A stretch of 64,000 nt of DNA from Pomacea canaliculata (GCF_003073045.1 NC_037594.1:13301353-13365352); one strand, 5' to 3'. Counted from the first letter of the stretch, positions 25,070 to 39,550 are shown. The notes: generated from the letters alone by a model not told the origin. A program made the numbers and translations.

Positions 25070-25868
25070 ATGCTTACCACCATGGCAAGTCTGGGGGCCG
25101 GGCGAGACTCTGGCAGCCCGCTGCCCCTTCCCCTGGCATTGACCACCGCAGAGCGCCGGCACTACCACCTGCATCCTAGTCATCACCATCATCATCACCA
25201 CCATCATCACCAGCTGCTGGCTTCACCCTACGATCCCATCCGGCGCCTGGCATTGGCAAGGCTGCCTCCGCCCCGCCGTCCGGTCGCCAACAAGCCCTTC
25301 ACGTCCTTCTGCATCAAGGATATCCTGGGTGGCGAGGTGGACAAGGAGGATGTGGCCAAGCTGCAGGCGGGACAAGGCAGCAGCATCGCCACCTCCGCCA
25401 GCAAGTCGAGGACAGCGTCGAAGAGCGGAATAAATAAAAATAGAGGCCAGACTGCCAGTGGCAACATCATTAACAACAACAATAATAACAACAATAGCAG
25501 CAACAGCAGTAGCATAGACAGAACTCCAATAACGGCCGCATCCCCTTCCCACTCGTACCCTCCTAATCTCTCCCCCTCCGCTCGCATCCACGTGTCGGCC
25601 GTCAGTGTCAACGGCGCGCGGATCGTGCGACCCTGGGCACCCAGTCCCAGCAGCCCGGACACCGAGATCTCGTCTGACGACGGTGGCGATACGTATCAGG
25701 ACATTGACAACGATGACGATGATGACGAGGAAATCAGCGTGGACGACGACGAGCCGTCCCCCAGGCTACGCGCCGCTAAGACCGGCAAGTCAGGCGTGTC
25801 GCCGCTCGATGCCCTCATGGCCATGACCAGCAAGACCTTCGAGGGACTCGAAACACCAGACGCTGCAG
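25070..25868 (+). CDS. Lbx: Lbx (ladybird-like NK homeobox) exon 1: N-terminal region with eh1 motif, His10 tract, poly-Asn/Ser tract, acidic block and the Lbx 'MTSKTFEGLE' motif. It ends at donor CAG|GTAACC in phase 1.
   Basis: An open frame runs from ATG 25070 (MLTTMASLGAG...). A second in-frame ATG at 25082 has a stronger Kozak context (ACCACCATGG). The 'M' that the ORF track places at 25010 is a GTG and is not the start. 'NKPFTSFCIKDILGG' matches the eh1/Groucho-binding motif at the LBX1 N-terminus ('NKPLTPFSIEDIL'). 'LDALMAMTSKTFEGLE' matches LBX1 'LEELASKTFKGLE'. The donor G|GT at 25868/25869 leaves one nucleotide (G), which joins 'AC' at the start of exon 2 to give Asp and continues into '...ARRRDQAALFGKHAPPKKRRKSRTAF'. 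Confidence 0.8.
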
Positions 25869-25884
25869 GTAACCTTATATATAT

Positions 25885-25965
25885 ATACAGTGTGTGTGTG
25901 GCGAGTAGGCGCTTTATAAATGCCTTATTTACTATTACTTATTATTATATTACATCACACACAGC
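25885..25965 (+). mobile_element. 5'-truncated copy of the same SINE-like family ('ggcgctttataaatgccttatttactattacttattattat'), immediately downstream of the exon 1 donor
   Basis: It shares the GCGCTTTATAAAT core plus the (ATT/TAT)n tail with the copies at 21685, 39465, 7875(-), 19160(-) and 51695(-). Confidence 0.4.
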
Positions 25966-28900
25966 TTGCTGGTGCTGATTTATTACATCACAGCGGGTGC
26001 TATTGACTGTGTCGAATTATAGCGAAAAAGTGATGCCTGATTACAGCTGAAACATACCATTGATGATTAACTGTATCATAAATGTTACAAAGTGATAAGT
26101 GATCATGTCACAAATAGCATATATGTAATACCTAGTTTCACCAGAAATATCACACAAGGGATGAGCAAATTAATCAGAACTATTACACAAGAGATAATGG
26201 ATTACTCCACAAACATAGCGTAAGAGAATCTTGGTTATATACCTCAAACAGCATACAGGTCATGACATATGTTTAATTATATCACATATATCATGAAGCG
26301 GTTTTTAATTATATTACAAATATCGCAAAGAGATGCTTAATTATATGAGATATAGCACACAGGAGATGAGAGACTATACCATGAAAATATTATATAACGA
26401 TCCTTGATTACATCATGTCAGGCTTGCCTGTATGTATCATTAGCATAAAGAATACTTGAGTAGATCATTATCATAATTCAGACGTTTGGGTCTAATATTA
26501 TTGTCATAAAATCAGAATATTATATCTGAGTTACAGAAAAAGTCTTACTTTTAAATACCACAAAGTAAAGAGTGGTTATCGGTTATCTATCGTCTGCGGC
26601 TGACCGCTGGCGCTTGTCTCAGTATGTATTTCACATCATTACTGTTGATAACGACAGCAAAACATGGAGCGTGCAAAACACGACCACTTTATTCTACGAG
26701 GCCATTAAGTTCTTTCATGTAGGTGGCAGAATGAGGAGTATCATCCACCTCCTTTTTAATCTTGAGTGTGAGTGTGTGTGTGTGTGTGAAACTGGTAAAA
26801 AAAAAAACAAAAAACAAAAACAGTCGAAACAACTCAATGCCATCGACATTATTTTTTACCTTTAAAAAACGCAAAAGTCATTGTAGAAAAAGCAAAATGA
26901 AACATAAACAAAGGCATGAACAAATATATATGTACACACACACACACAAGTGTGCTCACATTCATACATAAATACGACTAGGCATACACTGAGTGCATAA
27001 TTATGACTTCTTAATATTCTACAGCATTTTATAACGGTTAACGGTCGTTAATCTTGAACTTCTAAACTTTTCTTTCAAAGAAGCCAATATTCACAACCAA
27101 TCAACCGCGAATAGCCGTCAGCCAAGCGCTCTGTCAATCAAATCCCCGTTAAATGATCAGTATAAAAAATAAATAAATAAATAAATAAAAAATAAAAGAG
27201 CTAGCTAATTATACAGACGCCAAAGAAAATAAATCAGCGAATGCGTATTTATCTGCTTAACTATTGGAAATACTTACCCATCGAAGCTGCCAACCGCAAA
27301 ACAAAGTCTGCAAATTAGGAATGCTGCTAAAATGAATGAAAAAGAAACAGAAAACCAGAGTCTACAGTTGAGACTAGACGAAGAAACAAAGATTACACAA
27401 AACACAATTAATGGTTAAGCACAGGCAGGTAAAAAATGGAGGGAATTAGAATAGCCTATATATTATTTTTATGCGTGTCAGAAATGTTACGAGGCCTTCT
27501 AACAAATGCCGTACTAACAAGCGCACTTTCTCTTTTTTTCTTCTTTCTTCTTTCTTTTTCTTCTTTCTCCTCGTTTTTGCCGAATACTCACTTTGTTTTC
27601 TTGGCGGGATTAGCATGAAGGTCCACAGCAAACATCTTGATATTCAACATTTCAGCTTCATGCTGGTTTCTCTCAGAAGGGTGAACAATGAACCCTGACT
27701 GCTCGTGTAAAGGCTGAGGCAGATGCTGGAAGTAGAACTTGCAATTTTATCACAAACAATATCAGCCATTGAGGCAGAACAAAAGATACTCCAGGCTTTG
27801 TTAAGTTCCACGCTACGCACTCAATCATCATCGTGTACAGTGAACTGTTTTTGATTAACTAATGATTAATAAAACAAAAAGGTAGAGGTTTCTGTAATTA
27901 ACATGTAGTCATTCATTTCATAGATATTCAGCTTGCATACTCGCATGGGTGCATTTATACATATAAACTGATGAAATATATATGTCTATGTGTGTGTGTG
28001 TGTGTGAGAGAGAGAGATAGTCGGTATGCTATCTGTGTGTGTATGTGTGTGTGTGAATCGGTGTGCTGTCTATCTCTGGGGGAGGAATTAAATATGTGCT
28101 AGCGTACAAACGGTAGGAACCTGACTGATTCCGACCACTGTCTCATAGTCGCCTTTCACGAGGATGTGAAAAAATGTGTGAGACAAACGCTTGTGTGTCG
28201 TGATATGTCAACCTTTTCTGACCAGAAAGAAGGAGACTCTGACAAGGTGGCGGCTTTGTCCAGGTATGCCTGATTCTCATTGTCCTCCGCTACTCGCCTC
28301 CTCAACTCCCTCCCTATTCACTGCCACCTCCACCCATCATCCCCTCCACTTTATACATACATAGTGCTCATTCGAACAAGACGGCGTCTGGATTAACGAT
28401 GTATGATGGTAAGAAGAGCGACTGGCGTAATATTTTCAAACAGGCCTTTATTGGCAGGTGAAATGGCTTAGGCGGGTAAGCATCAAAAAGTGAGCATCGG
28501 TGCCTAGGAGTGAAACTAGTGGTGCAGATCGTATCGGAGCAGCAGCGTTACGACCGCCCCTTATCCTCCAATCTTTATTGCTTACACAAGACAGGTTTGA
28601 ACTGCTGACGTCGGGTAATGGCGACAGGCCGGGCTTGCAGGGCCTTTTCACTCGCTCGTTAATCTGTGCGCGACCAGTCGATACACTGTGCTGACTTTTA
28701 TACGCATCTGCTTTCTTCTTCCCATGAAACTACATTTTTTTAAGTGCTCGTTTAAAAGTCAGCCTCTCTCTTGAAAATAAAAGCGAGGAGATCAAGTCTA
28801 ACGCCCTTTAAAAATTGATAAATGGGGGCCGCTTTATATCCTCCATTTTCAAAAGATCTCGCACCAAAGGATTTTTGTGGCATTGCTAGACGTCTGTAAT

Positions 28901-31112
28901 AATGATAGTTTTTCTTGAGTATGTGAAATATATAGTTTAGCACTTACCAACAGTGTTAGTAAGCATATATAACGGTTATCATAAATAGTGTGTCTATATG
29001 CTGGAGAGAATACTTCAACGATTTGTTAGGGAAAAAATGCGAAGAATGAAAAAGAACGATAGAAAAATTGCACACACGCACAGATGCATATCAGCACAGA
29101 CAGTTATGGAGTCTCCGTATCCCATCTCTCTCTCTCTCTCTAGAATACACACGAAAATAATCACCTATATGCACTCGTACAAAACTTGATGGTAAATCGA
29201 TGTACACACATACACATATGCACCATCAAGCGAGTGTTTGGGCCTAACTGCTCACAAACGTGGGTAGAATTGTAGAAAGACTGGTGAACGCGCCGTGAAC
29301 CCAAGCTCACTTGCTTTCGCTATCAGGCTCATGCACATACACGCACACATCGCTCACATCTTCACTATCATCACACCCTCTTTCAACCTCTCTTTTAATC
29401 TCTAACTCTTTCTCTCTCTTCTCCCTCTCCCCCAAACGCTAGTTTCTCATACACATAGGCATAATAATGTTTATGGTTGTGCACCGATATCTGTGTATGT
29501 TTAACAAGTATGAGCGTTCAGACATGTTTGTTTTTAGACTCTACCTTAGAATGCATTTTTATGCGATAAGCACAATTTGGACTAGTACTAATACTTCGAC
29601 TGGCGTCAGGATTAATGTGTCCTTTGTCTTTTTAAATGCAAGAAAACTTCCCGTGCAGACTTTAGTATACACAGTTTTAATTACTACTACCTATTTTCAT
29701 GCAGCTGTCCAGGAATTTTCCTGTTTGGAACTTATTATCATATTACAGTCTAGAATGTTTTATCAAATAATAAGTTAATGTGTAAAATCAAAATCGAAAT
29801 TTATATTCTTTCTCCACCTCCTGCTCACCCCCGGCGTTGAGTGCCTAACTACCTTCTCACAAATCAACTGCAGCATTTTGGCAACACAAACTTTCACGCA
29901 ACGTGCTGACAGACGACATACTTTCCGCTGCTTTCTCACCAAAACCTCAACTTTTTTTCTTTTAAAGGACGATGCGGGGGAGGAGAGGAGTTGAGGAGTT
30001 ATGCAGCTTTGTCTGTCAGTTTACTTTATCAGCTTATCCAAATCCATTCATTCATCTACCCATCTGTGTATCAGTATATCTGCTCTTCTTTTTTTTGTTG
30101 TTGTTGTCAGTTTGTTTTTGTCTCTGTTTACAGGAGTTTATTATAGGTTGATTTACAAATATTGGCAACAAACATCTTCTTCAAATAGAATGGTTTTCGG
30201 AATCATATGCTGTATGCTTTATGTCTTTTTTTTATTTTTTCGTAGAGCAGAGGACACTCTCCATTTTAATAGACAATAAAGAGTTTTTAAAAAAAAAAAA
30301 TCAGCGTGGTAAATCTGCGTTTGTTTCATGTATTTTAAAATTTTATGTAGATGCTTATGGATCATAATGACATGAAGCTACAAAGTTCTAGTAAGTTAAT
30401 ATGGTAATAGTTCGTTAGAAAAATACAGAATTTTTAATTACTCGTTTATTTTTCTTAGAAAAAATTCTTACCGATGACATCACTGAAGGCCGCAGTCAGT
30501 GGGCGATAGTCCAGTCAGCGAGCTGACATATGGGAAGTTTCCAAAACCTAGAGGATTCAATGTTCAAAAGTTTGTATCTCCTTAAATCAAGATGTTTCCA
30601 CTGAGATTTCTATTAGTAGTGGCTTTAATATCGAAACTCACTTCCAAACAATATCTTGCACTCGGGTGTGTCTTTAAATATTGTCTAGTCTTTTTCGTTT
30701 GGTTGGGATTGTTTTGAGACAGTCTATTTGATATAAAAAAAAAAAGATAGACTAAAGATCCTATTAGCCTGAAAGTCTACGCAATGTTGTCTGCATTCAT
30801 ACATATTTAAAACACAGACGCTTTACTTGCTCACGCTGCATTGTTCTTTGCTTAAGTCGGTATTGTGAGACCTTTAAGACAAAAAAATTTAGCAAATGAC
30901 TGTGGGTTGATAGAAACAGCCATGAGTAAAAAAGAATGGCTGATGCCACAGCAAAAGTGCAGCTGTAAGGCGAAAAAAACCCTTTGTTTTTCCGAATTCA
31001 CGAGAATTTTAATGGTTACGCAAAATACCTGCGTGTATGAGACATTTTAGCGGAATAAAACTTACATATATATATATACCGGTGTACAATCAGTAATCTT
31101 AACTGTATAAGA

Positions 31113-31152
31113 CAACAACAACAACAACAACAACACAAAACAACAACAACAA
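31113..31152. repeat. (CAA)n microsatellite, interrupted
   Basis: Read directly from the sequence. Confidence 0.9.
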
Positions 31153-34100
31153 CCCACCCACCCCCTCCAACACACTCGCATGCAAAACAACAGGTTGAGA
31201 TAAATCGAGTGCACAGATGGTTTAATTGCGAGAGTAAAGCGAAACAAACCCTATTGGTAAATTCTAAGGCAATGGCGAGATGCTGATTAAAGTTACCAGG
31301 CGCTGACCGCTGCGGGTCATCAACATACGCACTCATGTCTGACTCCATCCGAAGAGCAGAAGCACTCAACGCCTGCAGTACAGTCGTCAGACTCGGACAA
31401 ACACGACGTCAGACAGACGCAGTTCTGTCGGCATGTGAGCGTTTCCACCGGCATACCAGAGCCGAAAGTCGGACAAAGAGTTACGTGAACAGGTGTGACA
31501 AGACCCGTGGCCTCGTGTACCTGGTGTTGTGACGTCTCTCCACAGACCACGTGCTTACAACGTTTGGCGTTGTGTTTTTGTCGCACAGTACGGTGGTGCC
31601 TAGCACTCGGGGCCTGCAGATCACGTTCGTAAAGCGCATGCAAGACAAATGAGCTGAGACAGTCCATCCATACCGTCTGTCCATCCGACCCAATTTCATG
31701 TTCCCGCTCATGTTGTGTATGCAGGGCGGGCGGGCGCGCGCACACACACACACACGAGAGAATTTTTGTAAAATAAGTTTTTTAAAGTGATGGAGTGACA
31801 CAAGAATCTCCTTCAACCTATCGATCGTCTGCTTCAGGGCGAGCAAACCGCGCGCAAACGTCCGACCCTTACGGACCTTACATCTCCTCTGCATATCCCT
31901 CTGGACGCCGTGTGGAAATGCTCTCTATGCCGCTTTAACAGACCCCTTCGCCGTTTAAACACCAGGGCGAAGGGCAAAAACACAGAAGCAGAACGGAAAG
32001 GGATTGAAAAAATTTACATCTGAAACGGCTCTTCCGTCTTGTAGCCTCGCGCAGCCCAGCGACAGCTCATTATACTTAATTCAAAGGCAGTGACAGCGGC
32101 TTGTTAAGTATGTTGTTGGCAAAAAGGAGCATGTTGTCGAGGAGCGGCTTAAATTACCTGCTTTACGGTTGGGGCTGTCAGCGCTCAACATGAAGCTTGC
32201 AGGTGAACGCACGACTACCTGGTATGCTGTTACATACTTCACGCGTTTACGCTTGCGCACACGCGCCTACCTAGACGCACACGAACACACACATGTGCGA
32301 ACGTAAAATGAACATATACACGAAAAACACCCTTTTTTCTCCCCTGAGCAAAGTTTGTGTATGCCCAGTAGATTTCTTTTGTCTGCCTTCGTTTCCCTTG
32401 TCTCCGTCTCTGACGGTGGGTCTTTGTATTTTTAGTGTATGTGTCTGTCTGCATCACTCTTTGTTCATTTCTTTCTTTCTTTGTCTTGACAAAGACACGT
32501 CCTCGTTAGTGTCTGTGTCGATGGTTTGCGTGATAAGCACGTGCTGGCGTCGGCGCCGCTCGCTTGCTCTCACTACAGGTGGCAGTGACAGGTGCATCGA
32601 GTGCATCCCCACACGCCGCGCACGTCTGCGCAAGACAAGTCTATTGAATGAAGAGACAAGCCCGTAGGACGGAAGTGAATACACGCCAAGCGCTTTGTCG
32701 CCACTGCGCCGGACTCGCTCTCATCCTTGTTGACATCGGTGCACGGGGAGGGAGGAGGAAGGGTGAAAGAGAGAGGAAGATGGGAAAATCAAAAGAGATC
32801 GATACAGAAAAAGTAAAGCTTACGAGCTGGAGGCAAATGTCGCGGTGACATGGTGAGCAGACCACGACTGCCTTTTTGCCGATTTGCAGCCTGTCTCACC
32901 AGACATCTGCATAAAATGCTATCAAGATGGGGTGGCGGTAGGATGTCTTGAGCCCAAGAAGTCGCTAGTGTGCGCCCCACATGGTTGTTCTGTCTGCGGG
33001 TTTGTTTCGTCCATCCCTTTCATCTTAATTACGTCTTTTTCCGACCTTGTAACGTCTACATAAGGTCTCGATGTACGTCGGCCATCAATCATCATTCGTC
33101 AACCAAGCTCTCTCATTACTTGTCCTTCTCGTCAAATCCTCAACCTTATCACGCTGACACGTCTTTCTTTCTTTCTTTTCTTTTAGTATAGTCGAGAAAG
33201 TAAAGAAAGAAGAAAAGAAGAAAGACGAAGAACGATGACTGTTGCGGAAATTTTTTTAAATGATCCAAATGAATGTTATGCTTGATTACACGCTGTGTGA
33301 ATAAGTATTGTTAGTTTGTTCTTCGGTTTTTGCAGACTTTCATAACTTTAATTAATATTTCGAAGTATGTGATGCCTATTAAACAATGGGCAGTCTTTGC
33401 GCTGATGTAATTACGCGTATAAAGGCTTGTACTGGTAAATATTACTAGATTACACACACGGATGTGGTGACAAAATGTTTACAAACCACGCGTAAAACTG
33501 AGTTATTCATTTTTGTAATACCAAAGTGAGGCGAACTCAATCTCAAAAATTGAGCTGTGCATCACATGACACTTGGAGGTTGGTCGAGGGGGCCATCTGC
33601 TGTAGTGCCCACCTTCATCATATGGGTTGAATCTTAATCAGTTAATTACTGCGGCATGTCAAGACCCCACAAAATCGGTGTGGAATCCAAGGTATCTTTG
33701 TGCCGGGATGAGTGATCAAGGCGTGGCAATCATCTCATCGTGACATCCGTCAGCATACCGAAAGCCTGCGATATGGTCTGTCGACACGCTCTTGTCACAA
33801 CTGTCCTCGGTGCAACCGTGATGTTAATGATGAAAACTGATTAAGATATCTGGTATCAGCGACATGCCTATTGCTTATCTATCCATCTGTCTCCGTGTTT
33901 GTCTGTTGGTCAAGTGGATTGTTCTGGCCTTATGGTCAGGAAGCTATAAAGTATAAAATTTGAGATGCTAAGATTTCGACCTTCTTAACTACGGAATATA
34001 TTCCAAAGTCACATAAGGACGACGACAACGAGCCACTACCATCGCGACAGAAACGAATAAACCGGAAATGCCAATGTTTGACAAAACAAAAACAAAAACT

Positions 34101-37100
34101 CGAAGAAATCGATTAAAGTTTTCAAAGAATATGCAGTAATAAGTATAAGTAAGCTACAGCTCAGGTCACGTACAATTACTTGCCGTGGATAAACGGAGCG
34201 GAAGTTTTAACGAATTGATTGAAATACTTCAGATATTAATGCACTGACTAATCAGTGCTGGTCACATGAGAGTTTACAAAGGAGACAACGTGAAGATACC
34301 ACACATTACCACACATACCACATGGCAAGTAGTGATATTAACTGATAAAACAACAGCAGAAGTTTTGAAGCTATTGAATGATGGTAAGTTTTCATTATGG
34401 CGAAATGGTAAAGGATAAAACTATGACTGTGTCTTTTAATGGTGCGGAGTAATAATCGCAAGTGGACGTAGAAGTGGCGAAATTTGTTTTCAAAATATAT
34501 TTTTTTATTGGACAGACGTGCACAGACAAAAACAGCAAGGAAGTCTGCATTTAGTCTGCAAGCATGTAGAAGAATAAACTTATCCACCGTTATAAATACA
34601 AACAATTTTCTCTCTTTAAAATAAAATATTTAAGGGTAATATAGAATATCAGTTTGTCTCAGGTGTAACAAAACAGAACAGTCCAAAAGTTGTTTTCTTT
34701 TTAGTAAAGTTAAGAAAACATTTCCGATCTACTTTAATAGAAAAAAATACTGTAACTAAATAGAATTCATTTTAAGACAATGTTGATTACCTCTTAGGAC
34801 AGTTTTTAATCTGAAGTGATTATCTATAGAAAAGTACTATAAGAAATGTCATCTTCTGCGGAAAGAAATCTAACGGAACATTTTCAAATTGAGTATGAAG
34901 AAAACTGCGCCTTTAACAACGAGGTGTATGATAGAAACTTAAGTTTTATTTTACAGTTGACGGCATATGAACAATAAGGCCAGAATACATCCCATAATGA
35001 TCCATTCCCTGCACGACGCTAGTTAACAAACTGATCTTACCGTTGTGACCAAATCAGGCCAGAAAATGGTGATAACCGTCATAAACCGCTAATTGCATGA
35101 CGTAAGGTAAACTATACCCATTGTGACTTAAGTAGGGTCGAGGGGTGATAGTGGTGTTGGAAACAGGCATGACTGATGAGTGTTCACTATTGACCGCGGA
35201 CTAACGAAAAATGTAACCAAAGATCTGTCATAAAGTACTGACCTCATCACTTCGGAATGCACAGGAGAATTTCCGCAAATAAAACGATGCTAAAAGAATG
35301 TATGTGAAACATGCCATGAGTCCGAATTCCACATACCAAATGATTGATTCCTTCTTCTACCTATCATGTAAGGTGTGGGAGGGCGGGGGAGGATATGTAA
35401 AGCGTGATCCTTGTGTTGACATGGCAACTGCTGCTTTGGACTCGCTGGCATGCTATGGAATGTGCTGACTGCTTTTGGAATGCTGGGTAATACTTTGTAA
35501 TAACACATCAACACATTATTCTTTAGTCATAAGTTTGTAAAATGGTGTTTGGGTGCGATCGGTGGTTCGTTGTGTCACACGGCCTCGCTGTCAGCATCAA
35601 CCGAATCGCTACAAGAAAAACAATATTCTGACACTCTTTAAAAAGGATTATAAAATGTCATTATTATATTAATTATTGCTAATTATTAAATTATTAGTTA
35701 TTATCGACAACCACATCGTAAGTGCGTGTATCCCTTTTAAATAATGAGTTGTTTGGTACTTTATTCGTCATTTTAAACGAACTCCAATACACTTAAAAAA
35801 AAACAACGCGGACGACATTGGAAACCGAAGTAAGAAAACCGAAGCTGAGTAGATAAACCGCTTAGGCTTTCACAACATGAAGTGTAATCACCTTGTACTC
35901 ACAAGTGTGATGGACTTATGTCAGACCCTACCACACCCAGTTCCCACTATAACAGTTAAGCATTCAGACAATCAGGGGCTTATTTGTAATCAATCATCAC
36001 ACCTTGCAGACGTCGTGTCCTCCTGCTTACTCGCCGAGTACCGCTTTGCTCTTTACTGTCTCATACTAGTTTAATACGTTTCCATATGATTTATCTACAC
36101 ATTAGTAGTAGCTCTCCTCATTCGTCACCACAGCACGTGGTTGATTGTAGATGTCTAAAAATCTGCAAAGTTTCTAAGTTAGTACGAACTTGCACCTGTT
36201 TGGAGTTCGCATTTGCAACTAAAAAAGAAAAACGAGACACTAGAAACGAGGATAGAGAATAATTTTTAACGTCCATTCTTATCCCCACAGCAATTCATTT
36301 TTTTTGTGCCTGTTAAATATAATCGCTGAAGAGTGTGCAGCCTTCCGTGCAGATAGCGTGGATTTTTTTAAGATGGAGGAAGGCAGGGAATGAGAGACAC
36401 TGTTTACATTGTTTAGACACCAGTTTCTTCCGGATCCTTCGATCATGCACGTTATAAAGTTTGTGACCAGGGCAGAGACACGAGCATGCACCGACTTTAC
36501 GCAGGTACACATCAAAGGAAAGGTGAGACAGGCATCATCTGTCTCGTATGAAGCAGACGAACGACAAAGGACGACGACGGTGACAGTTTGCGCCTCCGCG
36601 GCGTCACTTCCGTGATGCACCAGACCTGCGCAAACACGCAAGAAACACCTTGGTGAAGGTGATTACTCACCAGGGTCGCAATGCCGATAACCGTGGTGTT
36701 CACCTGGAAACCTGTTTGTCCCATCAGCGTCCCAAGGTAGCAAGGCCACAAGAAGGTGGACACATTGGATGACAGATATCGGCTGGGGCTGGCAGGATCA
36801 CCGCAAGTTATGCCTCCCGTTGGCCTCCACTGTTTAGAGATCTTGACGTATGGCCCCGTTAGTAACAGTTTATTACAGTATGTAAAACTGATCGATCATC
36901 CCCGTGAGAAAGCGGCGGTCCGCGCCTGCCGGATTGTCGTGAAGCCTCTAAATCTGATTCTTCCCCGAGGTATCAAAGACGTTTCAGAAAAATCTTGGAA
37001 TCAGTGAAGGACAATGTCTGTCACAAACCAGACCGAAAATTACGCGTGCTTTTTTTCTTTCCTTTCTGCTCTTCATCCTTGACGTCTTCGTTCCTTCGTC

Positions 37101-39464
37101 ATATAAATAGTGTGTTTCGTGCGAATGTGGAGTTTTCTGTCTATCCAGTTATAGTCGTTCCTTTCCTGGAACTAATTTTATGGTTTCATTTTGTTCTAGG
37201 AATGTTCTGTAATACGTTCCTTCCTCACATTAGTCAAAAGACTCAAAATGACACGACGATCATGTTAGGTATATCAAACCTGTATGTAAAAGAATTCATG
37301 CATAACTGTATACATTATAGTTTGTCCCAAACATGGCTGTTGGATTATAAGACATAAGATATCAGCACCGTCTACTCAAATTACAGAAACATTCTTGCTG
37401 TGTGTCACGTCACAGAGAAACTGGAACGTGTCAACATGTCTTAGGTTCTTACTAGCAGCCATCTTTTACCCATACCCCACTCAGTTTTTTAAAAACCATT
37501 CGCCTTTCCTTCTTTCCTTGGAAACGGAGAAACCCATAGTGTTCCTTAATTTTCATACCCATCAACCATGGCAGCACTGTCAGATAGGGATGATAAGACC
37601 ATTAACCTTCGCATCTTTGACGATTACTTCTTGCTTTGCCGACCCCATCATAGAGAGTTAGACACAGCTAGACACAAGTTAGACTAGCTCTTTTTCTAGA
37701 CGCTCTTGTTTCTAGGGAAACGCGAACGAGAAAACTTCATCTAAACGCTCTTTTTATACAAAAAATCGGGTTAAAAGAAACTATATAAAACTTGGTTGAT
37801 GACTAAGATTTCTCGTGAGTACTTGATATTTTAAAGCAAATTTGGGTGTGGAAAAGAGTCAAAAGACCGCAAAAGTATAATTCATCTTGCGACATGAGAC
37901 TCCAAACGACGCAGTGATCATGCTCAGGGTTCACACCTGAGCGTAAAGTAATTTGTGGAAACACATTCTCAGATAGCATAAGTGAATTGAAAGTACAAAT
38001 AGAAAGTTGAGACTTATCCAGATCCAGTCCATCGTTATCTTTTAGACCACACTTGCATTTATAATTCATGATGAATGTATAAATATAGTATAAGGTTTAT
38101 ATATAAAATAAGATCAATCACATGGAATTCTTCACATATATATAATGGAGAAGGGGTGAAATCCAAAAACAACCGCTAACAGAAGCAAGTTGTTTGCTGC
38201 ACGCGGTTTGGCAAACAAGTACACGCGCATATTTTAAAGAAGGGACGGCAGAATACCTAAGCGTAGCCTACACGGGTGGGCAGGCTAAGTCGTACAGGTA
38301 CTTACAAATATATATATACGTTGCCATATTGCTGCATAATTCAGCGTCTCTTAACAATTAGGTTCCAGGCACGAGGCGCTTCCATCAGTCCATCCTTTCA
38401 TTCATCCGTTAATGTCATGCATGTACATGTACACAGGAGCTACAGATCGCGCTCAAACAGCACACATGAACACCGTGCACATAGTGCTTCAACACGTGTG
38501 CCAGCCATATGTCAGTTATATAACGACGTCTTCGACAACTCAGGTTTGGAGTGTGCTGACGGTCAAATGTAACGGTTTCCATACTGGACTCCTCTGTAAG
38601 CAGCGAAACGCTCTCCAGTAAACTTTAACCGTAACCAGGCAAAGCTTTCTGACAGTCTTCTTGACAGCGAAACCACGTTTTACCTTTCTTTTCCCCTTCT
38701 TTCTTGCTCTTCTGCAACGGAAATTGCGATCTTCAGCTGTCCATGTCGGTAACGCGTGTACATCTATCCCCCCCACACCTTTCAGTCATAATGACAGACC
38801 TGCCGCCTTAGCTCCCTGTTTAACCTGTATCTCGTTTTCTTCCACTTCACCTGCTTTGGCTTTCATCTTCTCTTTTTCTTCCTTCTTCCTTCCTTTCGTC
38901 TGTTATGTCTTTGTTCTTTTCTCCAACCCGACTTCATCATGCATCTATTATTTTTTCAGATTTCTCATATGAAGACACCATTTAGACAAGAAGCAACATT
39001 GATTCTGGCATTTGGCATAGGCATGAAAGAAAATAGCAGGAACTTCAGTAACATGCAAGCAAGCTTTTTACTCCACCTCCCCTCACCCTTCTCGCGAAAA
39101 AAACCATATAAACAGACCCAGGGAGTTGTGAAACCTCCTCCATCAAATGAACATTGATGCTGGTAAATGAAGTAAACATTGAAAGCAAATTTATACACAG
39201 CGATACATTTTGGATTACATTTCAGACGTATAGGTACCATCGCATACATTCACCTCCAGAGCAGCTCAGTCTGTTGGTACAGTTACTGGTCGTGTTTATT
39301 CAGTTATGGCCGAATTTCCAGTCCTGCTTCAGAGCTGTTTCATTCGATCTTTCTCTCTCTCTCTCTGATAGTTTTAACTGCAAATGTCTAGCTGCGACAT
39401 ACTTTCTTCTCAACATGAGAACACAATGAACTTTCTTTTTAGACCATTACTTTATGTCTGTTTA

Positions 39465-39550
39465 TCTTTTGTCTTTGTAAATCGCTTGAGATAACCTTTG
39501 ATGAAGGAGTAAAGCGCTTTATAAATTCACTTTATAATTACAGGATGTCT
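39465..39550 (+). mobile_element. 5'-truncated copy of the SINE-like family ('aatcgcttgagataacctttgatgaaggagtaaagcgctttataaattcac')
   Basis: It shows the same bipartite tail, 'cgcttgaga' followed about 25 nt later by 'agcgctttataaat'. Confidence 0.4.

Noticed and set aside
25228-25662. 144-aa and 122-aa minus-strand ORFs inside Lbx exon 1
   Set aside because: The same antisense artefact. The sense strand carries the eh1 and Lbx motifs.
25869-25978. Continuation of the exon 1 ORF to 25978 (322-aa ORF)
   Set aside because: Sequence after 25868 is AT-rich and runs into a SINE-like tail. The GT donor at 25869 joins perfectly in phase to the homeobox exon. The read-through residues (NLIYIYSVCVASRRF...) are not conserved-looking.
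31320-31894. Two overlapping ~140-aa minus-strand ORFs in a GC-rich block of intron 1
   Set aside because: They are Cys/Arg/His-rich with no recognisable fold. This is a composition artefact. The block may be regulatory, but I could not find specific motifs worth flagging.
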